Positions 11,801 to 28,149 of a DNA stretch of 64,000 nucleotides are shown here, piece by piece. The position numbers and the translations under genes were made by a program. Every line of letters starts with the position of its first letter. The stretch's first letter is position 1. The notes below the pieces were generated by a model. It ran no database searches and had not been told where the DNA came from. It saw only the letters and a list, made by a program, of their open reading frames with translations. The stretch comes from Eledone cirrhosa (Eukaryota): positions 28,272,001-28,336,000 of the forward strand of contig OZ024741.1 of assembly GCA_964016885.1 (NCBI GenBank), read 5' to 3'.

Positions 11801-14800
11801 TATAGATACTGTCAGTGGTACTACAGTGTAGGTTATTGGTAGATAACTGGTATATATAGGGATATAACTACATATAGATACTGTCAGTGGTACTAGAGTG
11901 TAGGTTATTGGTAGATAACTGGTATATATAGGGATATAACTACATATAGATACTGTCAGTGGTACTACAGTGTAGGTTATTGGTAGATAACTGGTATATA
12001 TAGGGATATAACTACATATAGATACTGTCAGTGGTACTTCAGTGTAGGTTATTGGTATATAACTGGTATATATAGGGATATAACTACATATAGATACTGT
12101 CAGTGGTACTACAGTGTAGGTTATTGGTATATAAATGGTATATATAGGGATATAACTACATATAAATACTGTCAGTGGTACTACAGTGTAGGTTATTGGT
12201 ATATAACTGGTATATATAGGGATATAACTACATATAGATACTGTCAGTGGTACTACAGTGTAGGTTATTGGTATATAACTGGTATATATAGGGATATAAC
12301 TACATATACAGATACTGTCAGTCTTACTACAGTATAGGTTATTGGTATATAACTGGTATATATATAGATATAACTACATATACAGATACTGTCAGTCTTA
12401 CTACAGTGTAGGTTATTGGTAGATAACTGGTATATATAGGGATATAACTACATATAGATACTGTCAGTGGTACTACAGTGTAGGTTATTGGTATATAACT
12501 GGTATATATAGGGATATAGCTACATACAGATACTGTCAGTGGTACTACAGTGTAGGTTATTAGTATATAACTGGTATATATAGGGATATAACTACACATA
12601 GATACTGACAGTGGTACCACAGTGTAGGTTATTGGTATATAACTGGTATATATAGGGATATAACTATATATAGATACTGTCAGTGCTACTACAGTGTAGG
12701 CTATTGGTATATAACTGGTATATATAGGGATATAACTACATATAGATACTGTCAGTGGTACTACAGTGTAGGTTATTGGTATATAACTGGTATATATAGG
12801 GATATAACTACATATACAGATACAGTCAGTCTTACTACAGTATAGGTTATTGGTATATAACTGGTGTATATAGGGATATAACTACATATAGATACTGTCA
12901 GTGGTACTACAGTGTAGGTTATTGGTAGATAACTGGTATATATAGGGACATAACTACATATAGATACTGTCAGTGGTACTACAGTGTAGGTTATTGGTAT
13001 ATAACTGGTATATATAGGGATATAACTACATATAGATACTGTCAGTGGTACTACAGTGTAGGTTATTGGTATATAACTGGTATATATAGGGATATAACTA
13101 CACATAGATACTGACAGTGGTACTACAGTGTAGGTTATTGGTATATAACTGGAATATATAGGGATATAACTACATATAGATACTGTCAATGGTACTACAG
13201 TGTAGGTCATTGGTATATAAATGGTATATATAGTGATATAACTACATATAGATACTGTCAGTGGTACTACAGTGTAGGTTATTGGTATATAACTGGTATA
13301 TATAGGGATATAACTACATATAGATACTGTCAGTGGTACTACAGTGTAGGTTATTGGTATATAACTAGTATATATAGGGATATAACTACACATAGATACT
13401 GTCAGTGGTACTACAGTGTAGGTTATTGGTATATAACTGGTATATATAGGGATATAACTACATATAGATACTGTCAGTGGTACTACAGTGTAGGTTATTG
13501 GTATATAAATGGTATATATAGGGATATAACTACATATAGAGACTGTCAGTGGTACTACAGTATAGGTTATTGGTATATAACTGGTATATATAGGGATATA
13601 ACTACATATAGATACTGTCAGTGGTACTACAGTGTAGGTTATTGGTATATAACTGGTATATATAGGGATATAACTACATATACAGATACTGTCAGTCTTA
13701 CTACAGTATAGGTTATTGGTATATAACTGGTATATATATAGATATAACTACATATACAGATACTGTCAGTCTTACTACAGTGTAGGTTATTGGTAGATAA
13801 CTGGTATATATAGGGATGTAACTACATATAGATACTGTCAGTGGTACTACAGTGTAGGTTATTGGTATATAACTGGTATATATAGGGATATAACTACATA
13901 TAGATACTGTCAGTGGTACTACAGTGTAAGTTATTGGTAGATAACTGGTATATACAGGATATAACTACACATAGATACCGTCAGTCTTACTAGAGTGTAG
14001 GTTATTGGTAGATAACTGGTATATATAAGGATATAACTACACATAGATACTGTCAGCGGTACTATAGTGTAGGTTATTGGTAGATCACTGGTATATATAG
14101 GGATATAACTACACATAGATACTGACAGTGGTACTACAGTGTAGGTTATTGGTATATAACTGGAATATATAGGGATATAACTACATATAGATACTGTCAA
14201 TGGTACTACAGTGTAGGTCATTGGTATATAAATGGTATATATAGGGATATAACTACATATAGATACTGTCAGTGGTACTACAGTGTAGGTTATTTGTATA
14301 TAACTGGTATATATAGGGATATAACTACATATAGATACTGTCAGTGGTACTACAGTGTAGGTTATTGGTATATAACTAGTATATATAGGGATATAACTAC
14401 ACATAGATACTGTCAGTGGTACTACAGTGTAGGTTATTGGTATATAAATGGTATATATAGGGATATAACTACATATAGAGACTGTCAGTGGTACTACAGT
14501 ATAGGTTATTGGTATATAACTGGTATATATAGGGATATAACTACATATAGATACTGTCAGTGGTACTACAGTGTAGGTTATTGGTATATAACTGATATAT
14601 ATAGGGATATAACTACATATACAGATACTGTCAGTCTTACTACAGTATAGGTTATTGGTATATAACTGGTATATATATAGATATAACTACATATACAGAT
14701 ACTGTCAGTCTTACTACAGTGTAGGTTATTGGTAGATAACTGGTATATATAGGGATATAACTACATATAGATACTGTCAGTGGTACTACAGTGTAGGTTA

Positions 14801-17800
14801 TTGGTATATAACTGGTATATATAGGGATATAACTACATATAGATACTGTCAGTGGTACTACAGTGTAGGTTATTGGTAGATAACTGGTATATATAGGGAT
14901 ATAACTACACATAGATACCGTCAGTCTTACTAGAGTGTAGGTTATTGGTAGATAACTGGTATATATAAGGATATAACTACACATAGATACTGTCAGCGGT
15001 ACTATAGTGTAGATTATTGGTAGATCACTGGTATATATAGGGATATAACTACATATAGATACTGTCAGTGGTACTACAGTGTAGGTTATTGGTATATAAC
15101 TTGTATATATAGGGATATAACTACATACAGATACTGTCAGTGGTACTACAGTGTAGGTTATTGGTAGATAACTGGTATATATAGGGATTTAACTACACAT
15201 AGATACTGTCAGTGGTACTACAGTGTAGGATATTGGTATATAACTGGTATATATAGGGATATAACTACATATAGATACTGTCAGTGGTACTACAGTGTAG
15301 TTTATTGGTAGATAACTGGTATATATAGGGATATAACTACATATAGATACTGTCAGTGGTACTAAAGTGTAGGTTATTGGTAGATAACTGGTATATATAG
15401 GGACATAACTACATATAGATACTGTCACTGGTACTACAGTGTAGGTTATTGGTATATAACTGGTATATATAGGGATATAACTACATATATATACTGTCAG
15501 TGGTACGACAGTGTAGGTTATTGGTATATAACTGGTATATATAGGGATATAACTATACATAGATACTGTCAGTATTACTACAGTGTAGGTTATTGGTATA
15601 TAACTGGTATATATAGGGATATAACTACACATAGATACTGATAGTGGTACTACAGTGTAGGTTATTGGTATATAACTGGTATATGTAGGGACATAACTAC
15701 ATATAGATGCTGTCAGTGGTACTACAGTGTAGGTTATTGGTAGATAACTGGTATATATAGGGATATAACTACATATAGATACTGTCAGTGGTACTACAGT
15801 GTAGGTTATTGGTATATAACTGGTATATATAGGGATATAACTACACATAGATACTGACAGTGGTACTACAGTGTAGGTTATTGGTATATAACTGGTATAT
15901 ATAGGGATATAACTACACATAGATACTGACAGTGGTACTACAGTGTAGGTTATAGGTATATAACTGGTATATATAGGGATATAACTACATATAGATACTG
16001 TCAGTGGTACTACAGTGTAGGTTATTGGTAGATAACTGGTATATATAGGGATATAACTACATATAGATACTGTCAGTGGTACTAGAGTGTAGGTTATTGG
16101 TAGATAACTGGTATATATAGGGATATAACTACATATAGATACTGTCAGTGGTACTACAGTGTAGGTTATTGGTAGATAACTGGTATATATAGGGATATAA
16201 CTACATATAGATACTGTCAGTGGTACTACAGTGTAGGTTATTGGTATATAACTGGTATATATAGGGATATAACTACATATAGATACTGTCAGTGGTACTA
16301 CAGTGTAGGTTATTGGTATATAAATGGTATATATAGGGATATAACTACATATACAGATACTGTCAGTCTTACTACAGTATAGGTTATTGGTATATAACTG
16401 GTATATATATAGATATAACTACATATACAGATACTGTCAGTCTTACTACAGTGTAGGTTATTGGTAGATAACTGGTATATATAGGGATATAACTACATAT
16501 AGATACTGTCAGTGGTACTACAGTGTAGGTTATTGGTATATAACTGGTATATATAGGGATATAACTACATACAGATACTGTCAGTGGTACTACAGTGTAG
16601 GTTATTAGTATATAACTGGTATATATAGGGATATAACTACACATAGATACTGACAGTGGTACCACAGTGTAGGTTATTGGTATATAACTGGTATATATAG
16701 GGATATAACTATATATAGATACTGTCAGTGCTACTACAGTGTAGGCTATTGGTATATAACTGGTATATATAGGGATATAACTACATATAGATACTGTCAG
16801 TGGTACTACAGTGTAGGTTATTGGTATATAACTGGTATATATAGGGATATAACTACATATACAGATACAGTCAGTCTTACTACAGTATAGGTTATTGGTA
16901 TATAACTGGTGTATATAGGGATATAACTACATATAGATACTGTCAGTGGTACTACAGTGTAGGTTATTGGTATATAACTGGTATATATAGGGATATAACT
17001 ACATATACAGATACAGTCAGTCTTACTACAGTATAGGTTATTGGTATATAACTGGTGTATATAGGGATATAACTACATATAGATACTGTCACTGGTACTA
17101 CAGTGTAGGTTATTGGTATATAACTGGTATATATAGGGATATAACTACATATATATACTGTCAGTGGTACGACAGTGTAGGTTATTGGTATATAACTGGT
17201 ATATATAGGGATATAACTATACATAGATACTGTCAGTATTACTACAGTGTAGGTTATTGGTATATAACTGGTATATATAGGGATATAACTATACATAGAT
17301 ACTGATAGTGGTACTACAGTGTAGGTTATTGGTATATAACTGGTATATGTAGGGATATAACTACATATAGATGCTGTTAGTGGTACTACAGTGTAGGTTA
17401 TTGGTAGATAACTGGTATATATAGGGATATAACTACATATAGATACTGTCAGTGGTACTAGAGTGAAGGTTATTGGTAGATAACTGGTATATATAGGGAT
17501 ATAACTACATATAGATACTGTCAGTGGTACTACAGTGTAGGTTATTGGTAGATAACTGGTATATATAGGGATATAACTACATATAGATACTGTCAGTGGT
17601 ACTACAGTGTAGGTTACTGGTATATAACTGGTATATATAGGGATATAACTACATATACAGATACTGTCAGTCTTACTACAGTATAGGTTATTGGTATATA
17701 ACTGGTATATATATAGATATAACTACATATACAGATACTGTCAGTCTTACTACAGTGTAGGTTATTGGTAGATAACTGGTATATATAGGGATATAACTAC

Positions 17801-19559
17801 ACATAGATACTGTCAGTCTTACTAGAGTGTAGGTTATTGGTAGATCACTGGTATATATAGAGATATAACTACATATAGATGCTGTCAGTGGTACTACAGT
17901 TTAGGTTATTGGTAGATAACTGGTATATATAGGGATATAACTACATATATATACTGTCAGTGGTACTACAGTGTAGGTTATTGGTATATAACTGGTATAT
18001 ATAGGGATATAACTACACATAGATACTGACAGTGGTACTACAGTGTAGGTTATTGGTATATAACTGGAATATATAGGGATATAACTACATATAGATACTG
18101 TCAGTTTTACTACAGTGTAGGTTATTGGTATATAACTGGTATATATAGGGATATAACTACATATAGATACTGTCAGTGGTAATACAGTGTAGGTTATTGA
18201 TATATAACTGGTATATATAGGGATATAACTACATATAGATACTATCAGTGGTACTACAGTGTAGGTTATTGGTATATAACTGGTATATATAGGGATATAA
18301 CTACATACAGATAGTGTCAGTGGTACTACAGTGTAGGTTATTGGTATATAACTGGTATATATAGGGATATAACTACATATAGATACTGTCAGTGGTACTA
18401 CAGTGTAGGTTATGGGTATATAACTGGTATATATAAGGATATAACTACACATAGATACTGAGAGTGGTACCACAGTGTAGGTTATTCGTAGATAACTGGT
18501 ATATATAGGGATATAACTACACATAGATACTGACAGTGGTACTACAGTGTAGGTTATTGGTATATAACTGGAATATATAGGGACGCAACTACATATAGAT
18601 ATTGTCAGTGGTACTACAGTGTAGGTTATTGGTATATAACTGGTATATATAGTGATATAACTTCATATAGATACTGTCAGTGGTACTACAGTGTAGGTTA
18701 TTGGTATATAACTGGTATATATAGGGATATAACTACATATAGATACTGTCAGTGGTACTACAGTGTAGGTTATTGGTATATAACTGGTATATATAGGGAT
18801 ATAACTACATATAGATACTGTCAATGGTACTACAGTGTAGGTTATTGGTATATAACTGGTATATATAGGGATATAACTACATACAGATACTGTCATTGGT
18901 ACTACAGTGTAGGTTATTAGTATATAACTGGTATATATAGGGATATAACTACACATAGATACTGACAGTGGTACCACAGTGTAGGTTATTAGTATATAAC
19001 TGGTATATATAGGGATATAACTACATATACAGATACTGTCAGTCTTACTACAGTGTAGTTTATTGGTAGATAACTGGTATATATAGGGATATAACTACAT
19101 ATAGATACTGTCAGTGGTACTACAGTGTAGGTTATTGGTATATAACTGGTATATATAGGGATATAACTACACATAGATACTGACAGTGGTAGTACAGTGT
19201 AGGTTATTGGTATATAACTGGAATATATAGGGATATAACTAGATATAGATACTGTCAGTGGTACTACAGTGTAGGCTATTGGTAGATAACTGGTATATAT
19301 AGGGATATAACTACATATAGATACTGTCAGTGGTAATACAGTGTAGGTTATTGGTATATACCTGGTATATATAGGGATATAACTACATACAGATACTGTC
19401 AGTGGTACTACAGTTTAGGTTATTAGTATATAACTGGTATATATAGGGATATAACTACGCATAGATACTGACAGTGGTACTACAGTGTAGGTTATTGGTA
19501 TATAACTGGTATATATAGGGATATAACTACACATAGATACTGACAGTGGTACTACAGTG

Positions 19560-22500
19560 TAGGTTATTGGTATATAACTGGTATATATAGGGATATAACT
19601 ACATATAGATACTGTCAGTCGGACTACAGTGTCGGTTATTGGTATATAACTGATATATATAGGGATATAACTACATATAGATACTGTCAGTGGTACTACA
19701 GTGTAGGCTATTGGTATATAACTGGTATATATAGGGATATAACTACATATAGATACTGTCAGTGGTACTACAGTGTAGGTTATTGGTATATAACTGGTAT
19801 ATATAGGGATATAACTACATATACAGGTACTGTCAGTCTTACTACAGTGTAGGTTATTGGTATATAACTGATATATATAGAGATATAACTACATATACAG
19901 ATACTGTCAGTCTTACTACAGTGTAGGTTATTGGTAGATAACTGGTATATATAGGGATATAACTACATATAGATACTGTCAGTGATACTACAGTGTAGGT
20001 TATTGGTATATAACTGGTATATATAGGGATATAACTACATATAGATACTGTCAGTGGTACTACAGTGTAGGTTATTGGTAGATAACTGGTATATATAGGG
20101 ATATAACTACACATAGATACTGTCAGTCTTACTAGAGTGTAGGTTATTGGTAGATAACTGGTATATATAAGGATATAACTACACATAGATACTGTCAGTG
20201 GTACTATAGTGTAGGTTATTGGTAGATCACTGGTATATATAGGGATATAACTACACATAGATACTGTCAGTGGTACTACTGTGTAGGTTATTGGTATATA
20301 ACTGGTATATATAGGGATATAACTACATATAGATACTGTCAGTGGTACTACAGTGTAGGCTATTGGTATATAACTTGTATATATAGGGATATAACTACAT
20401 ATAGATAGTGTCAGTGGTACTACAGTGTAAGTTATTGGTATATAATTGGTATATATAGGGATATAACTACATATAGATACTGTCAGTGGTACTACAATGT
20501 AGGTTATTGGTATATAACTGGTATATATAGGGATATAACTACATATAGATACTGTCAGTGGTACTACAGTGTAGGTTATTGGTATATAACTGGTTTATAT
20601 AGGGATATAACTACATACAGATACTGTCAGTGGTACTACAGTGTAGGTTATTAGTATATAACTGGTATATATAGGGATATAACTACACATAGATACTGAC
20701 AGTGGTACTACAGTGTAGGGTATTGGTATATAACTTGTATATATAGGGATATAACTACATATAGATACTGTCAGTGGTACTACAGTGTAGGTTATTGGTA
20801 TATAACTGGTATATATAGGGATATAACTACACATAGATACTGAGAGTGGTACTACAGTGTAGGTTATTCGTAGATAACTGGTATATATAGGGATATAACT
20901 ACACATAGATACTGACAGTGGTACTACAGTGTAGGTTATTGGTATATAACTGGAATATATAGGGACGTAACTACATATAGATATTGTCAGTGGTACTACA
21001 GTGTAGGTTATTGGTATATAACTGGTATATATAGGGATATAACTTCATATAGATACTGTTAGTGTTACTACAGTGTAGGTTATTGGTATATAACTGGTAT
21101 ATATAGGGATATAACTACATATAGATACTGTCAGTGGTACTACAGTGTAGGTTATTGGTATATAACTGGTATATATAGGGATATAACTACATATAGATAC
21201 TGTCAATGGTACTACAGTGTAGGTTATTGGTATATAACTGGTATATATAGGGATATAACTACACATAGATACTGACAGTGGTACCACAGTGTAGGTTATT
21301 GGTATATAACTGGTATATATAGGGATATAACTACATACAGATACTGTCAGTGGTACTACAGTATAGGTTATTGGTATATAACTGGTATATATAGGGATAT
21401 AACTGCACATAGATACTAACAGTGGTACTACAGTATAGGTTATTAGTATATAACTGGTATATATAGGGATATAACTACACATAGATACTGACAGTGGTAC
21501 CACAGTGTAGGTTATTGGTATATAACTGGTATATATAGGGATATAACTATATATAGATACTGTCAGTGGTACTACAGTGTAGGCTATTGGTATATAACTG
21601 GTATATATAGGGATACAACTACATATAGATACTGTCAGTGGTACTACAGTGTAGGTTATTGGTATATAACTGGTATATATAGGGATATAACTACATATAC
21701 AGATACTGTCAGTCTTACTACAGTATAGGTTATTGGTATATAACTGGTATATATAGGGATATAACTACACATAGATACTGTCAGTGGCACTACAGTGTAG
21801 GTTATTGGTATATAACTGGTATATATAGGGATATAACTACATATAGATACTGTCAGTGGTACTACAGAGTAGGTTATTGGTATATAACTTGTATATATAG
21901 GGATATAACTACATACAGATACTGTCAGTGGTAATACAGTGTAGGTTATTGGTAGATAACTGGTATATATAGGGATGTAACTACACATAGATACTGTCAG
22001 TGGTACTAGAGTGTAGGTTATTGGTATATAACTGGTATATATAGGGATACAACTACATATAGATACTGTCAGTGGTACTACAGTGTAGTTTATTGGTAGA
22101 TAACTGGTATATATAGGGATATAACTACATATAGATACTGTCAGTGGTACTACAGTGTAGGTTATTGGTATATAACTGGTATATATAGGGATATAACTAC
22201 ATATTGATACTGGCAGTGGTACTACAGTGTAGGCTATTGGTAGATAACTGGTATATATAGGGATATAACTACATACAGATACTGTCATTGGTACTACAGT
22301 TTAGGTTATTAGTATATAACTGGTATATATAGGGATATAACTACATATAGATACTGACAGTGGTACTACAGTGTAGGTTATTGGTATATAACTGGTATAT
22401 ATAGGGATATAACTACATATAGATACTGTCAGTCGGACTACAGTGTCGGTTATTGGTATATAACTGATATATATAGGGATATAACTACATATAGATACTG

Positions 22501-25500
22501 TCAGTGGTACTACAGTGTAGGCTATTGGTATATAACTGGTATATATAGGGATATAACTACATATAGATACTGTCAGTGGTACTACAGTGTAGGTTATTGG
22601 TATATAACTGGTATATATAGGGATATAACTACATATACAGGTACTGTCAGTCTTACTACAGTGTAGGTTATTGGTATATAACTGATATATATAGAGATAT
22701 AACTACATATACAGATACTGTCAGTCTTACTACAGTGTAGGTTATTGGTAGATAACTGGTATATATAGGGATATAACTACATATAGATACTGTCAGTGAT
22801 ACTACAGTGTAGGTTATTGGTATATAACTGGTATATATAGGGATATAACTACATATAGATACTGTCAGTGGTACTACAGTGTAGGTTATTGGTAGATAAC
22901 TGGTATATATAGGGATATAACTACACATAGATACTGTCAGTCTTACTAGAGTGTAGGTTATTGGTAGATAACTGGTATATATAAGGATATAACTACACAT
23001 AGATACTGTCAGTGGTACTATAGTGTAGGTTATTGGTAGATCACTGGTATATATAGGGATATAACTACACATAGATACTGTCAGTGGTACTACTGTGTAG
23101 GTTTTTGGTATATAACTGGTATATATAGGGATATAACTACATATAGATACTGTCAGTGGTACTACAGTGTAGGTTATTGGTATATAACTTGTATATATAG
23201 GGATATAACTACATATAGATAGTGTCAGTGGTACTACAGTGTAAGCTATTGGTATATAATTGGTATATATAGGGATATAACTACATATAGATACTGTCAG
23301 TGGTACTACAATGTAGGTTATTGGTATATAACTGGTATATATAGGGATATAACTACATATAGATACTGTCAGTGGTACTACAGTGTAGGTTATTGGTATA
23401 TAACTGGTTTATATAGGGATATAACTACATACAGATACTGTCAGTGGTACTACAGTGTAGGTTATTAGTATATAACTGGTATATATAGGGATATAACTAC
23501 ACATAGATACTGACAGTGGTACTACAGTGTAGGGTATTGGTATATAACTTGTATATATAGGGATATAACTACATATAGATACTGTCAGTGGTACTACAGT
23601 GTAGGTTATTGGTATATAACTGGTATATATAGGGATATAACTACACATAGATACTGAGAGTGGTACTACAGTGTAGGTTATTCGTAGATAACTGGTATAT
23701 ATAGGGATATAACTACACATAGATACTGACAGTGGTACTACAGTGTAGGTTATTGGTATATAACTGGAATATATAGGGACGTAACTACATATAGATATTG
23801 TCAGTGGTACTACAGTGTAGGTTATTGGTATATAACTGGTATATATAGGGATATAACTTCATATAGATACTGTTAGTGTTACTACAGTGTAGGTTATTGG
23901 TATATAACTGGTATATATAGGGATATAACTACATATAGATACTGTCAGTGGTACTACAGTGTAGGTTATTGGTATATAACTGGTATATATAGGGATATAA
24001 CTACATATAGATACTGTCAATGGTACTACAGTGTAGGTTATTGGTATATAACTGGTATATATAGGGATATAACTACACATAGATACTGACAGTGGTACCA
24101 CAGTGTAGGTTATTGGTATATAACTGGTATATATAGGGATATAACTACATACAGATACTGTCAGTGGTACTACAGTATAGGTTATTGGTATATAACTGGT
24201 ATATATAGGGATATAACTGCACATAGATACTAACAGTGGTACTACAGTATAGGTTATTAGTATATAACTGGTATATATAGGGATATAACTACACATAGAT
24301 ACTGACAGTGGTACCACAGTGTAGGTTATTGGTATATAACTGGTATATATAGGGATATAACTATATATAGATACTGTCAGTGGTACTACAGTGTAGGCTA
24401 TTGGTATATAACTGGTATATATAGGGATACAACTACATATAGATACTGTCAGTGGTACTACAGTGTAGGTTATTGGTATATAACTGGTATATATAGGGAT
24501 ATAACTACATATACAGATACTGTCAGTCTTACTACAGTATAGGTTATTGGTATATAACTGGTATATATAGGGATATAACTACACATAGATACTGTCAGTG
24601 GCACTACAGTGTAGGTTATTGGTATATAACTGGTATATATAGGGATATAACTACATATAGATACTGTCAGTGGTACTACAGAGTAGGTTATTGGTATATA
24701 ACTTGTATATATAGGGATATAACTACATACAGATACTGTCAGTGGTAATACAGTGTAGGTTATTGGTAGATAACTGGTATATATAGGGATGTAACTACAC
24801 ATAGATACTGTCAGTGGTACTAGAGTGTAGGTTATTGGTATATAACTGGTATATATAGGGATACAACTACATATAGATACTGTCAGTGGTACTACAGTGT
24901 AGTTTATTGGTAGATAACTGGTATATATAGGGATATAACTACATATAGATACTGTCAGTGGTACTACAGTGTAGGTTATTGGTATATAACTGGTATATAT
25001 AGGGATATAACTACATATTGATACTGGCAGTGGTACTACAGTGTAGGCTATTGGTAGATAACTGGTATATATAGGGATATAACTACATACAGATACTGTC
25101 ATTGGTACTACAGTTTAGGTTATTAGTATATAACTGGTATATATAGGGATATAACTACATATAGATACTGACAGTGGTACTACAGTGTAGGTTATTGGTA
25201 TATAACTGGTATATATAGGGATATAACTACATATAGATACTGTCAGTCGGACTACAGTGTCGGTTATTGGTATATAACTGATATATATAGGGATATAACT
25301 ACATATAGATACTGTCAGTGGTACTACAGTGTAGGCTATTGGTATATAACTGGTATATATAGGGATATAACTACATATAGATACTGTCAGTGGTACTACA
25401 GTGTAGGTTATTGGTATATAACTGGTATATATAGGGATATAACTACATATACAGGTACTGTCAGTCTTACTACAGTGTAGGTTATTGGTATATAACTGAT

Positions 25501-27980
25501 ATATATAGAGATATAACTACATATACAGATACTGTCAGTCTTACTACAGTGTAGGTTATTGGTAGATAACTGGTATATATAGGGATATAACTACATATAG
25601 ATACTGTCAGTGATACTACAGTGTAGGTTATTGGTATATAACTGGTATATATAGGGATATAACTACATATAGATACTGTCAGTGGTACTACAGTGTAGGT
25701 TATTGGTAGATAACTGGTATATATAGGGATATAACTACACATAGATACTGTCAGTCTTACTAGAGTGTAGGTTATTGGTAGATAACTGGTATATATAAGG
25801 ATATAACTACACATAGATACTGTCAGTGGTACTATAGTGTAGGTTATTGGTAGATCACTGGTATATATAGGGATATAACTACACATAGATACTGTCAGTG
25901 GTACTACTGTGTAGGTTTTTGGTATATAACTGGTATATATAGGGATATAACTACATATAGATACTGTCAGTGGTACTACAGTGTAGGTTATTGGTATATA
26001 ACTTGTATATATAGGGATATAACTACATATAGATAGTGTCAGTGGTACTACAGTGTAAGCTATTGGTATATAATTGGTATATATAGGGATATAACTACAT
26101 ATAGATACTGTCAGTGGTACTACAATGTAGGTTATTGGTATATAACTGGTATATATAGGGATATAACTACATATAGATACTGTCAGTGGTACTACAGTGT
26201 AGGTTATTGGTATATAACTGGTTTATATAGGGATATAACTACATACAGATACTGTCAGTGGTACTACAGTGTAGGTTATTAGTATATAACTGGTATATAT
26301 AGGGATATAACTACACATAGATACTGACAGTGGTACTACAGTGTAGGGTATTGGTATATAACTTGTATATATAGGGATATAACTACATATAGATACTGTC
26401 AGTGGTACTACAGTGTAGGTTATTGGTATATAACTGGTATATATAGGGATATAACTACACATAGATACTGAGAGTGGTACTACAGTGTAGGTTATTCGTA
26501 GATAACTGGTATATATAGGGATATAACTACACATAGATACTGACAGTGGTACTACAGTGTAGGTTATTGGTATATAACTGGAATATATAGGGACGTAACT
26601 ACATATAGATATTGTCAGTGGTACTACAGTGTAGGTTATTGGTATATAACTGGTATATATAGGGATATAACTTCATATAGATACTGTTAGTGTTACTACA
26701 GTGTAGGTTATTGGTATATAACTGGTATATATAGGGATATAACTACATATAGATACTGTCAGTGGTACTACAGTGTAGGTTATTGGTATATAACTGGTAT
26801 ATATAGGGATATAACTACATATAGATACTGTCAATGGTACTACAGTGTAGGTTATTGGTATATAACTGGTATATATAGGGATATAACTACACATAGATAC
26901 TGACAGTGGTACCACAGTGTAGGTTATTGGTATATAACTGGTATATATAGGGATATAACTACATACAGATACTGTCAGTGGTACTACAGTATAGGTTATT
27001 GGTATATAACTGGTATATATAGGGATATAACTGCACATAGATACTAACAGTGGTACTACAGTATAGGTTATTAGTATATAACTGGTATATATAGGGATAT
27101 AACTACACATAGATACTGACAGTGGTACCACAGTGTAGGTTATTGGTATATAACTGGTATATATAGGGATATAACTATATATAGATACTGTCAGTGGTAC
27201 TACAGTGTAGGCTATTGGTATATAACTGGTATATATAGGGATACAACTACATATAGATACTGTCAGTGGTACTACAGTGTAGGTTATTGGTATATAACTG
27301 GTATATATAGGGATATAACTACATATACAGATACTGTCAGTCTTACTACAGTATAGGTTATTGGTATATAACTGGTATATATAGGGATATAACTACACAT
27401 AGATACTGTCAGTGGCACTACAGTGTAGGTTATTGGTATATAACTGGTATATATAGGGATATAACTACATATAGATACTGTCAGTGGTACTACAGAGTAG
27501 GTTATTGGTATATAACTTGTATATATAGGGATATAACTACATACAGATACTGTCAGTGGTAATACAGTGTAGGTTATTGGTAGATAACTGGTATATATAG
27601 GGATATAACTACACATAGATACTGTCAGTGGTACTAGAGTGTAGGTTATTGGTATATAACTGGTATATATAGGGATACAACTACATATAGATACTGTCAG
27701 TGGTACTACAGTGTAGTTTATTGGTAGATAACTGGTATATATAGGGATATAACTACATATAGATACTGTCAGTGGTACTACAGTGTAGGTTATTGGTATA
27801 TAACTGGTATATATAGGGATATAACTACATATTGATACTGGCAGTGGTACTACAGTGTAGGTTATTGGTAGATAACTGGTATATATAGGGATATAACTAC
27901 ATACAGATACTGTCATTGGTACTACAGTTTAGGTTATTAGTATATAACTGGTATATATAGGGATATAACTACATATAGAT
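19560..27980. repeat. Higher-order repeat: 39 monomers, 2814 bp, three tandem copies
   Basis: Marker GGACTACAGTGTCGG at 19621, 22435 and 25249; ORF-track coordinates recur at +2814 (19854/22668/25482). 2814 = 39x72 + three 2-bp insertions. Confidence 0.95.
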
Positions 27981-28149
27981 ACTGTCAGTGGTACTACAGT
28001 GTAGGCTATTGGTATATAACTGGTATATATAGGGATATAACTACATATAGATACTGTCAGTAGTACTACAGTGTAGGTTATTGGTATATAACTGGTATAT
28101 ATAGGGATATAACTACATATACAGGTACTGTCAGTCTTACTACAGTGTT

